A DNA stretch of 56,276 bases, counting the filler, from Perkinsus olseni (taxonomy: Eukaryota): the NCBI GenBank assembly GCA_013115125.1. It is 4 parts of 4 records of this genome, joined end to end, with 100 filler letters (N's around TTAATTAATTAA, not from the genome) between each part and the next. Parts side by side here need not be neighbours in the genome. Positions count along the whole stretch, not along the records: positions 28,373 to 42,336 come from JABANN010000739.1; positions 42,437 to 56,276 come from JABANN010000740.1; 2 more parts are not named here. The stretch is one strand, 5' to 3'. Position 1 is the first letter of the stretch. Every line of letters starts with the position of its first letter. Shown here in pieces: positions 32,160 through 44,213 of this stretch. Under the pieces are notes generated by a model, which was given only the letters and a program-made list of their open reading frames with translations, was not told the origin of the DNA and searched no databases. The position numbers were made by a program, and so were the translations under genes.

Positions 32160-35100
32160 ATGCCCTTTGCAAACCGTCGGACAAGGTTGGCACCGTGCGA
32201 ACTATGACGTAGTCCCTGATTCTCTCAAGCTGCTGCGCTGGGACGAGGCGGGTCCTGTAGGCGACATATGTGTGTTGGATCGAGATAAACGAATCCAAAC
32301 TTGAGCAAAGACGGCTACGTAATATAATTCAGTTCATCCCGCTTCATTGCGAAACTTTATTACAATGGAGCCATCTTCGGGAGCGCCAGAGCCTGCGGCA
32401 TCAGATGGAATCGTATCACAATCTGCCGCAGGGACCACCGCTGATGATGCAGGAGAGGAAACAAAGGTACACGTCGAGGCAGTTCCTGATAGTATCGGAT
32501 CAAACTCCACTCCTCCAGGTACCTGATGTTATCGTGGAGGAGCAAAGGCTCAACGTACATCACAGGGCAAAATACATCAGCATCAATAAATACAAGTGAG
32601 AAGCTTGTACTTGTGTCTTCAGTGTGTTAGGGAGTACTATCAGGGAGGTTGTTAAGAAGCTCACCGCTTTGAGGCAGAGCCACGCCCAGCTATACGATGA
32701 AAAGCAGTCCCTCGAACAAGGTCAGAGAAGTCCATCTTGCCTTATCAACGATTTTGTACCATTCGTAGATATGGAGGAAAGAATTAACGAGGCAGTGTCA
32801 AGTGAAAGGCACCGAGCGGCGGTGCGCTTGACCGCCGCACTAGCTGAGAGGACTGAAGACTACGATGCGCTTGTCGAGAAGACTCAATCGGACCTGGTGA
32901 GCATCGTCGTGATGTCTCCTATCGTTCTTCAGTCCGTCTAATTTAGACGGTCGAAAACATGTGCTACGAGGTCGCCTCGCCTGAGCCCCACGAAATGTAT
33001 AAGTTCGGGCGTGTTGTTATCAGCGGTTGGCAACACGCAAGCACTCTGAGCAGCTCGAGCGAGCCCGGCACGAGTACTTTGTCCAGACTAAGCATCAAGA
33101 AGAGCAAATTGAGGTATGCTAGCTAAAGAAGGCAACAAATGCAGCCCCATTTGCACAGGCGTTGAAGGCGGCAAACGCCAGGCTAGAGCGGGAGCATCGG
33201 GAGGAGATCAAACATTACAAGGAGGAGAATCAGAGCTTACTCGATGGCTTGGAGGCCGATGTAGGGCGAAAGCGCTATGCTGTCTTCGTGATTTACCAAT
33301 CAGCTTAGACCTGTGAGCGAGAGAAGATTGCTAGACAGGTAGAGGGAGAGATGGAGAGAACCAAACTCTGTAAGATCTTTACAATGCTCGGCTCAGCCGA
33401 GTCGGCTGGTGTGAGGCCGCTGTAGGCTTCGAGGAGAAAGAGCTCCTGAAGGAAACTCTTTTCGAGAAGGAGGCAGAAATAGAGAATTTGAAGCAGCAGA
33501 ACATGGAGCTTAGGGAACAAGTTCAACTCACTGAACAACTGAATGAGTAAAATGCACGAAGTAATGTATCTGTAGAGCTGGAGGGGTCTCTCAGGCATCA
33601 TAATGAGCGCATTGAGGAGTACGAACGAGAGAGCGAGAAGCGACTGGAGCAGGAGCTGCACAGATCCACCAAGGAACGGAAGGAACTTGAAGAACGCCAT
33701 GCTGGGGATATTGAAGTGAAAAATTAAAAACTCGCCCCTCAGGAAAACTCATCCTCCCTTCTAGAGCTGCAACTGTCTTAGGAGCGGGAACGGAAGCTGG
33801 AGGAACTACTGAAGCATAAAGAGGCCGCTCTCGAGGAGGCTAGACTGAAAGCTGAGCTGTTAATTAATAAGGTATGCGTGCGCAGTCAGACCCCTCTTCG
33901 TTATTCGCAACCATCGCTAGGTTCGTCAGCATGAGGAGGCGAATGAGGAGATAAAACGCTTGACAGCGGAAGGGAACGAGAGTAAGAGGAGGAGAGTACA
34001 TCTACATCGCATCGGGCAGCATCAAGTTGCCAATTACACATATGACGGCGATTTTGATTTTGCGATAGTCACTATGGTGAAAACGATAATTGCTGGGCAA
34101 AGACAAAATCACTCGGAATCTGGCCTGTCTTATTCAAGACGTTGTAGCATTTCCCGGTCATCTTAGAAACGCGCCTCCAGAGGGAACTGGACAAGATGCG
34201 AGCAACGTGTGACACCCTTGACAATGATTTACAGGTGAGTTCCTAGTAGAAATTTTCTACTCTCGTAGGACCCGTGTGACGCTTAGCTTCTTTGTTGAGC
34301 CGGACTCCGGCTGCCGGAGTCGGTCGATTCTAGTGCATGCTACAGTGACCACATTAGCTTTCGGGCTCCAAGCATTCCGAAGTATAATGAAGTAACGTGT
34401 AACATTAGAAAATATGGATTACAGTTTTCATACCTGATGATCACGCATGAACTCTACGTAGATTGCTCTCTCAGGCTCGCAAAGTAACAGTAGCAGCCTT
34501 AACCAAGGAGAACAAACGACTTCAATCCGAGGTCGATCGCAGCAGAGAGCAAATCGAAGAGAAGGTGAAAATCTATCAACTATACCTATTGCTTCGTGCA
34601 GTCCGAACACTTCATAATTTCGCCGATGGTTGCCGATCTCGGGCATCACCACCAAAAGACGTGTCGAAATTATGAAATGATAACGCAGAAACGCGTCATT
34701 CTCCGAGTACAAGAACCTGAGGGCTAGGCAGTTCACGATGGTTCGCACTCAGGCTGATGCTCATGAAAAGGCACAGGAGGAGATCAAAATCCTCACCGAG
34801 AAGCTGCAGAAAAGTGCTCCGGCATTCTAGACGCGTGAAATGGTTGTGGCTCGTCGTAGACAAAGCCGAGTGTGGTGCGATGGAGGAGACTCTGCGTGAA
34901 CGAGACTTGAAAATGGAGAGGATGAAGCGGAGAAGTGTCAGTCTGGAAGGCCGACTGAAGGAGGTTGAGGAACTAGAAGAGGTACCCAGGGTACCGTACC
35001 CTCAGGGTACTACCCTGGAAAGTCACTACCAGTCGGACTACTCTTTTTTCTATGTCGTGGAGCACAACGGTGATGACCGTTATGTTGAGATCGAGCGCAT

Positions 35101-38060
35101 GCAGTATACGATGAGGGTTGACTGCTCCCGGTGATCACGCATTAGGCGCTGAGAAAAGAGAAGGAAAAGCGACAGGAGTTGGAGAAGAACTTGGAGGAAG
35201 CAAAAGGGTCCATGAGGATGAAGGAAGCTGAGCTGGCAGACGCTCTGAAGGTAACCACGGTAACCACGGTTTCAAAGACCAATTCTGAAAGTCAGAATCG
35301 ATCCCACGACCGCATTTCACGTGTGAAAATGAGTTATAGAATCGATTCCGAGTTTTACAGTTAGCTTACTGAGCGGGGGAAATGACGTCTCATCTGGAGC
35401 TTTTTATGACAGCCACTCCTTCGGAAGAGCTCCCTCAGCCTGGGGGCCTCAGGACTGGTGTATATGATCCTTTAAAAGCTTCGGCTTTCTCAGGCCCTAG
35501 CAGAGCAAAAGGAATCTCGAGATCGGTTCGAGCGAATGTACTGTGAGGTTCGCGACTCCCTCGAGAGGACGGAGGCTAAACTGCAGGAAACTATCAAAGT
35601 TCTGCCTGTTCTCCCAACACCTTTCGGGCAGGAGCTTGCATTTCTTTACAGGCACATGAGAGCGCCACCGCCAGTCGGGAAGAACTGCGGGAAGCTCTGC
35701 TCGAGAAGGACACGAAGTCTCAACAGTTATGGAGGACCATTAAAATCAAGTTGGAGGCAAGCTTCTCGCATACGCTGCAGTGCAGGAAGAATCTAGCAAA
35801 TTTTCACTGTGACAATGCGTTTCAATCCTAAATCTTAGAGCGTCGCGGCTGTTTCCGATCCTGCCTTGTACGCTTTCCGTGGGCGATTTGCCAATATGTG
35901 TGTCCTTAGCGTCACGATAAAGAATCCTTGGAGAGCCAGCATGCACTTCGTGAGCGATGGGAGGCAGAAAAGGAGCTTAGGATGGATCTTGAGAGGGTAG
36001 GGAAAGCAATGAAGGGGAGAATCGATGAACTGACGGCTGAAACGAAGATGCAGTCTGAGGTAGGCCGACTGAGGGGCTTGTCAAGTCTTGAGAAACGTGT
36101 AACTCAAAGTATAATCTCCGCGGCCGCAGAATGCGGCGTACATAATTTACGGTACATTGGAAACAGTTAGCATGACATTTGCACGCATATTACCAGTGAT
36201 ATGGATCCTCTCGATGCTTCACAGGGCTGTAAGTCGGTGGCTTTCACACCATCAGGCACTTCTGAAGGAAAAGAACCTGCGGGGGTCTCTGGAGACGCGG
36301 CTGAAGACAATGGCGAAATTACTGGATGATAAGGAGGTTGAGTTCAAGAAAGCTGCAGAGGTGGCCGCTCTGTACATATTATATTTGTCTGGTCTTTCTG
36401 ACGGGCGTTGTTGCTAGGAGAAGGAGAAGTTCGAGCGTGAGCTTTCCAAGATTTCAGACGCTCTCAGAAAGAGGGAGGTTGAACTAGAGGAGATCCTCAA
36501 GGTGGACCGACACGCTCGACACGCGCCTTGTTTTTCCAATAAGTGGAACCGAGTTCAGGCTCATGGTGATGCTTCAGCGGCAAACAGGAAGCTCGAAGGA
36601 GCTCTCCGAGAGAAACATACGAATGTTGAACGCCTACGAGACGCCTTCAAGCAGAAATGGGAGGTGAGCGTCAGTAGAAAACTAAGCCAGGTTGGGAGCC
36701 CCGAGATCGATAACAACAGAATCCGATTCTGAGAATCGGTCTTAGACTGCGGAACGGCTCGTTCCGAACGAGCGCCTCTGCGCTTATTAGTACTCATACT
36801 ACCTGCCTACCGGTCTTCTTCGTATCCTCAGCATCGTGAACGTGCGGTTTTGGAGTTACATCGGAATAAGGAAGCCGCTATAGGAGAGAGACAGAGGGCA
36901 ATGGAAGCCCTTAAAAGCCGCATTGAGGCACAAGTGATAGAGAACGTTAAGAGCGGGACTTGCTCGATCTCCTGTGGAGATCAGGCCAAGCTGCTGGAGG
37001 AATCGAGAAAGAGAGAGAAGAAGCTGGAGGGCGAACTCCAGCGAAGTACGAATGATTTCAATCGCTGGGGCCTGTTGATGATGTTCATTCAATTCAGGTG
37101 CTGACGAGCGGTCCGCACTGGAGCGACTTCTGGCCAAGCGAAACAAGACCATCCAGGAGTTGAAGAGGTGCCAACCTGATGCTAGTTCACCCGAACTCAG
37201 AGCCTCAGTGACGTGCTGTTGACTTTCTCTCAGAGTGCAAGCTCGCTCTCCTCGATTGAGGACGGCCCCGACTCAGCCCAGTGTGAAGCATGATAGCCGC
37301 ATCAAGGCCTTGGAGAAGAGTGTGAGAGCGATACCAGAGATTCTGCGCTGTAACACCAGTTGGGTTGTACAGAGTCCCGCAATATGGCCCGCTTAGCCAT
37401 ACACGCCCTCCATGCCAAGCACCGAGATTCCGAAGAACTGAAGCGTGGGCTTGAGGCGGAAAATGAGGACTTGAAATACGTCTTGGAGACTCGATACCCT
37501 CTGCGACGCTCGGAAGAAGTCAGTTGCAATCCATGGACCGGGTCTTGGTAGTGGCGGCTACTATTTCCAGGTCAAAGAGGAGTCTGTTTCTCTGAGCCCC
37601 CGGGAGCAGCCTTCTACGCGGAATCAAACATCAACGACCTCCAGTGTTGCTCTCGGAAGCTCGCGAAGTGGTTCGCCTCCGAGCTCACCAGGCCAGGTGT
37701 GTGAGCTCTTTGTGCGCTAACTCAATATCGCGTGTCTTGTGTCTCCTAATAACGTGAGCCGCTAATCACTATGCTTGAGCTATGAGCTATGTTGAACACC
37801 ACAGTCTAACAGTTAAGTTCAAGTGTACGCTGCCACCTTGGATTAGCCAGTTCAACGCATAGTCAAAGACCACTACGGCGCAGCAGAAATACCCCCGAGA
37901 TACGCGCGAACCTCAGACCCGCAGCGGACCTAGGATTTGACTAATTTCCCTCAGTTTGGCATTCCCTACCGGAGCATTAAAGCAGGAAGAAGCTTCAACC
38001 ATCGCGCAGTCGATTGATGTGCGTCAGACTTTTCGCCGCTGGGCCAACGCCGTTGTCTAA
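32160..38060 (+). CDS. Long coiled-coil protein (E/K/R/L-rich), many short exons
   Basis: Heptad-rich exons such as KLTALRQSHAQLYDEKQSLEQ, ALRERWEAEKELRMDLERVGKAMKGRIDEL and KLLEESRKREKKLEGELQR, bounded by GT/AG. Ends approximate. Confidence 0.75.
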
Positions 38061-38913
38061 TAGCCGCGAAAAGCATGCTTTCTGAAGATTCAAGAAAGAT
38101 GATGTGAGCCGAGACGCGGTTGAGTCCCATCCGTGCCTATACCAATTCAATAAGCTTTAAGCGTTTGTAAAATAGACGCTCGATTCGAGTAGCGAATGTG
38201 TGATTTTCCCGAGGCAACAACCATGTCTCGATATTTGCCCATCCCATTTTCACGATGTTGAGTTCACCGTGAGGAAGCTGCTCCGCGCAATGGTTAGCTC
38301 CGGCACTTTGTTCGTGAACAGATGTCCGCAGATAATATACATCACAATTTTCGCGCTGCTTCACCTCTCCTGGTGCTGAAGGAAGGTTTGAACGGACAGG
38401 CGTATACGACCGGAGACCGCTCTTGTGTTCAGACTGAACAGTTCAGTTGTATGATAGACCAAGCTACTCGCAACTTTGAAGCTCACACCTTCATTTAGGA
38501 ACAGATTTTCCACCCGAGTTCACTGTCAGGCACTCGAGGCCGCCGAGGCAAAAGGGCTGCCGTCGTTACGTCAGCACCCAGGGTGGGCTCAGCACTGCTG
38601 TAGAGGCGAGCTTGTGCTACTAAACTGGAGTCCAGTTGACTGATATTCTCATGACGGTAGTCATCCACCACCACTAAGGCGCTGAGACCTCTGGATCTCC
38701 GGAAAGGATCTGCAGGTGGAAGTGGTTGGCTTTCTAGCGATCAAAATCTGGTAATCGACGGCGATTGAAAGCCTTCCCAAGGGTTTTCCACGGTTGAGCC
38801 ACGAAATGAATCGTGCGAGAGACACTACACTAACGGGCACTCGTACAACCTATAATTGCCTTCTTTGATAGAAGTGTTTGGAAAAGTGGAATAATGACGA
38901 AATAGAGTAAGGA

Positions 38914-40600
38914 TCAAGAACCCTTGAGGTCCGTTAGTACCGGAGCGCTCAACGGCCGTAGAATACGCGCTCCAAAGTAAACGTCAAGCGTATGTCGCTC
39001 GATGATCACGCTACTAGTCTCTAATGAGTGCTGAGTCAATCGCAGCAAAACTTGCATAAGTCCTTGCCGTCCATACATGGTAGGACTCCGGTTGTACAAG
39101 GCCCGGCCGGTAGAAGAAGGCCAACATCACGACAGAACTTGCACCAGCCGCAGTCAGATTTGTGGTTGCCTTCTACGAACCCTGCCCAGACAGATGCCAG
39201 AAGCCACACCATACTGAACCGTGTCATTCCAAAGTTTGGGAATCTTTCACTAGGAATAAAAGCCGAGTCATCAAAGCGTTCACTTGCACGCACGAAGAAC
39301 GAGGAATGGCGATGAATGCACTGATGTTGAGGAGGAATGCACGCGCTCAGACGCACAGGGCCTGTGCCACAGGCTGCGCGGCCGCACAGTGCGCCACAGC
39401 GGTCGAGGGCTCACGCCCTGTGTGTGCATTACAGTGACAACTGCAACTACACCCATTGCTGATACGTACCCACTTTGCTCTTTGTGCGCTTTTGCTCGTT
39501 ATACGTACGTTCGTCCCAAGCTTCGTAAGGGATGCCAGTGAACTGAAGTCGTGAGGTTGCGCTAACACGATACGCGATGATAAGATGCACCATCACTTTG
39601 CTCCAAACATAGACCATGAATACTAGAACCGCGTTCATCCTCTCTTCGCCCACCAATACCAGGTGTAGGAAAAGGTCTATAATACCGAGCATAGTCCAAC
39701 AGTCGGACTCCAACCCAGAAGTAACATGAGGAATATCTACTTGGACAGGAACAGCGGCAGCAACCTCAGTCAAAAGTTTTGACTCAAAACCGACTGAAAC
39801 AAGAACCGAAGCTGTAAACGTTTGTCCAAGTCCTCCCCATAAAGCTTAGCCCCAAGAGCTTCCACTTCTTCAGGTCTCAACAGATGAATGAGTTTGGCAT
39901 CAAGCCCTACCGCTTTAGCAAACTCACTCCGAGCTGAAGAAGTACCGCATTCACCTGAGCCACCTATCGGTCGGTGTTCGTAACCAGTAAAAGCAAGAAA
40001 TCCTGCATCGGGTACCAATATAGTGTTCCCGGCTTGACCAAGCCGTTCACTAGGGACAGCAGGAAGCTCGCCACCCTTAGAACTCGACGGAAACTGTGAC
40101 ATAGGGGAAATGGGTTAAACTCTTGATACTTCTTAAATAAGCCATACATTACAACGTGGGTCTCAATAGTAACTACTAGCCTCACGCTTAGCGTGGCACG
40201 CTAGAGACAATACACAAGGAGCGCTAAGATATCATAGCCCTATACAGGCCATGGGGACAGATCGGCCACAATGATGTATTGGAGTAGGCAATCATTGAAA
40301 AGGCGGTTCACTACACCCCGTTGAGAACCTTCTTCAATGCAGCCTCGGTAGTAGAACTCTGGAGATAGAACACACTGTGAGTTAAAGATTATTCCGGAGG
40401 ACAGCGTCAGCCGATGCAATCAAAGACGGAGCAACAGTCGAGCTGCTGTATGGACTGTCACGTGCTCTCGAGATTTCCAGGGCATAGTAAATAAGCGCCT
40501 CTACCAGATGTGGACCAAGAGCTGACAAAGGAGTCATTATGAATGGCCATGCCGCCTGTGATAGGTTTACAATGAGAGTCAATAGCTTCGCTGACAACCT
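38914..40600 (-). mobile_element. Possible degenerate reverse-transcriptase retroelement relic
   Basis: Intronless, frameshifted - strand fragments with RT-like order: IIDL.FLHL, then QYGVASG, then a broken TYA(D)DV near 38985. Weak. Confidence 0.3.
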
Positions 40601-40645
40601 AACGGTTGAGTCTTAACCCATTCCGCCGCAGGAGTCCCTTCCGGG

Positions 40646-41603
40646 CAGGGTGGCTGGCGGAAGGAAAAATAGATTTTCTTTCCTTCACTTCTTTTCTTTC
40701 AGTAAAATAGGAAAGTAAGGAAACTTACTTGCGAAGGAAAGAATAATCCAATTTTTCTGGGCGGCCTTCGGCGGCCTCCTTCGAAAAAAGCTTTTGTAGG
40801 GCAGTGCTTTCTGACTCAGAAAGCACTCAGACATTCTGAGGCCGTATGCGGATCCTGATGCTTGCAACACTAGTAGTGATTCACTACCCCTGGGTAAAAT
40901 CACCCAATGATCCCGATGCGTGAGTAAAATCGGGCGGTGATGCTGAGTACCCAAGTCGGATTGTATTACTCTGAGTAATATGCAAGATTCAAGATGCTGA
41001 TTCCTGAGCCCTGAGAGAGAGTATTAATTCACGATGTTGAATCAAACCCCCGTGTCATGAACGATCTTAATCCGCGAATCACAGTGTGATTATCACACCA
41101 AATTTACACGTAAAACGCCCAGATCCAGTACCGGGGGGTTCTCGCCGCGACCCTCATGGGGATGCTGATTCAAAACCCTGAGTAAAGTCTCGCAATCTTG
41201 AACTTTCGTAATTTTCCATAGAATTTGAAAGGTTAGGTCAAGTCGGAAAAGTTGGAAAAAAGCTTGCACCAGTATTTGAACCCGAGTCGAATTACTCGGG
41301 TTGTCACGTAACGTGACTCACCTTGATGCGAGTGTGTAAGATGCTTTAAAAAGGCGGTCGCCTAGGATAGAACCGGCGATCCCTCCGTGCATCGGAGTAG
41401 GTCGCTGATTGCGATGAGGCCAGAATCGCAGTTCTCGATCATCCAAATCCAGTCGTTTCCGAGAAAAATGGATTTTTTGGGCTGCGTGCCCTGCGGGCGC
41501 GCGCTATCCACAAACGGAAGGAAAAATAGATTTCTATTTTTCTTTCCCTTCGCAGGAAAAATAGGAAGGAGTGAAAGAAAGAATGGAAATTTCAGCCACC
41601 CTG
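40646..41603. mobile_element. 958-bp non-autonomous hAT element with perfect 11-bp TIRs and 8-bp TSD
   Basis: CAGGGTGGCTG...CAGCCACCCTG; TSD CTTCCGGG at 40638-40645 and 41604-41611; no transposase ORF. Confidence 0.93.
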
Positions 41604-42336
41604 CTTCCGGGGCTATTTTCTCTATAAATTTACCCGTGAATGGGCTACAACGACGGTTCGGGTACCTTTCCTCATACTCATCTCGGGCAAATTGCTTCCA
41701 GCGTTCTAGCTCTTTCGTTCGAGCACGTAGTCTCTCGGCATCTGCTAGGCAATATTTTTGAACAACATGATGAAAATACGATGAAAATATCCTAAGCAGA
41801 TCCTAAGCGAGCCACTTGCGAGAAAGTTGATCGAGTTAATCCACATTTCTGTTGTTTCCGTCCACCATTCACAGCCTCCAGACTATCACCGTCCTTACGG
41901 TGCCGTTGATCTCTTCTCCTCTTGTCCTCCCGCCAGTCAAGATTCTCATCAGCATGAGACAAGCCAATCAGTGGCATTCTGTCATTAAACAACTATCATG
42001 ACTCATGATTCATGAGTGCATAAATCGTCAATCAAATGAGACAATCAATGAGGCAATCAAATTACAATCATAATCGTTACAATCATGTGGAGAAGTTTCT
42101 CTTCATGAACGTCTTCCGGAAAGCCGCTTTTTGAGAGCGATTGAGAAAAGGCTCTCAGTACTCTTGCTGGAAGAGTCTTGCGGCTTGAGGTGCGACAATG
42201 TTACCGCTGTTGCTGCGACAACGAGCGGTAGATGGCGAGTCATTCATAACTCCACCAGCTTTTCTAAACCCTTCCACAAAATTATATCACATCGCGTTTT
42301 TTCCTCATTTCTTCCAATTTATTGCGATTGGGGGTC

Positions 42337-42436
42337 NNNNNNNNNNNNNNNNNNNNNNNNNNNNNNNNNNNNNNNNNNNNTTAATTAATTAANNNNNNNN
42401 NNNNNNNNNNNNNNNNNNNNNNNNNNNNNNNNNNNN
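42337..42436. other. Artificial contig-join linker
   Basis: N44-TTAATTAATTAA-N44. Confidence 0.98.
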
Positions 42437-44014
42437 ACTATCCGCCTTTCGAGGCCGCTTTACCGAACCATAGGAAACGGCAGACCTCGGAGGCCCGCCG
42501 AACGATACTTCTGATCCAGGACTTCTCCCATCACGCGCGGTCACAGCTGAAAAGTTTCCTTCACACACCTCGCCAAAGCTCATCCCATCAGCGGCGTCGG
42601 CCCCCGTTCCATCCGAGTCCGGGGAAGTATCCCACCCTTCGAAGAATGATTCATCCCGCCGCAGTCTCCTCGCTTCCCTCCTTGGCGGGCGTCTGCTCGT
42701 CGTCGCAGAGCTGGCGGGTGACTGCGAGGAAACACTCTGGCTGGATAACATGATACTATCGAATGCGCCGAGAGCACCGCTCCCGCCCTTCTGCGTCACA
42801 TCGGGGTACCGCGGGGACGTTCCCTCCATCTCGCACAGCCCTCCTCTGACCCTCCCCGGCGATGGGCAGCTGCTCACACGGAATTTGAAGGTCTTTTCTC
42901 TTGACTCGTGCGATGGTATAGAGCGTGAGGTCCCTTCTTTGGCGCTGCTGGGGTTGACAAGTGAGCCGAAGCCCGACAAGCTGTCGTCGACTCGGTGCCT
43001 CTTCTGACCTTGACCTCCCCTGGGTCCCATCCCCAGCCAACTGAGGCTGTCCTCTGATAGCCCGGAGTCTGCCATGAAAGCCTGGAGGTTCGCAGCAGGA
43101 GCGCTGGTTTTCGGGATTGAGTCATCGGTCTCGTTCAAGGTATCACTGAGTACGAGACTGCCCTCGGCAAAGCCAGCTGCTCTTCGATTGCTTGGCCGGA
43201 GGGGACCCTCGCTACTGAAATCACCCCCGTCGTCATCGGGAGTGGCCGCCGCAGCACCGGTTGGCTCTGCGTGCTTCGGGTTTCCGGACTGTTCGCGGCC
43301 AATGAGATAAGACCTATCGTCCGTGGTCGTGAGATCTGTGAAACTCCAGGAGTCATCAAAGTCAGTCTCTTGAGGGCCGCCCTTCTTCACAGTGGTACTC
43401 CTGCGAGAACTACCCGAGAATCTTTCTCCTTCCAAGCTCACCGGACCGTCAAAGCTGAACCAGTCCTCTCCACGCTGAAGCGCACCTTCGGACTTGTTTT
43501 CGTCGAGAATACTGCGCGGGAATAAGTCCTCCTCGTCAGTGGTAGAGAAGGTGTCGCCACGCTGACGTTTCCCTAGCCTACCGGAGTTATGGAGAGCGCC
43601 CGAGTTTGATGGAGCTCGGGAAGTAAGGTAAGCATCACCACCACCCAACGGGGTATGGGAGCCTCCAGGCCCACTGGAAATGTCTCGAAGACTAAAGTCA
43701 ACCTCAAAAGGCTCTTCGCCACTCGGACCAGCTTCTCCCTGTCGAGGGCGTCGTTGTGCTGGCGCTGCCACTTGCGGCCCCTCGGTCCCCTCGTCGTCTA
43801 TGGAGTCACCATCCGGATCCTCTTTTCCCTGCATCCACCGTCATTACGGGAACACGAAGGCAGCCGCACTCACTGCCTCTGTTGCCGCCAACTGCTTGAT
43901 GATTCTAACCACTGAGTCGATCACGGAGCCCCTGACAGGGACGGCCACAGGCACGACCTTGTCCATCATGCCGAGTTTCAGAGTCGTCTCTGTCCAACCT
44001 GAGATCGAGCTCAT
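42437..44014 (-). CDS. Ser/Gly/Asp-rich low-complexity coding region, 3'-truncated by the gap; may be the tail of the 44214-47713 gene
   Basis: Open frame of >460 codons running into the gap; plausible intron 43830-43874 links it to upstream exons. Confidence 0.7.
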
Positions 44015-44213
44015 CGTAGAGATTCTCCCTTTACTGCACAATAATTGTCTCCGATTCCAAGTTTTTGTCCCCTGTCCATTCATCTCGTCAATATTTGTGT
44101 ATTATTCAATTTTTCTGTATTTGTCAATAATCACCTATGGCGTTCATAGCGTGATGCTGGGGCATATTACCAAGATTTCATTGTTACACAAGCTCGGGTG
44201 AAACCTGTGACTT

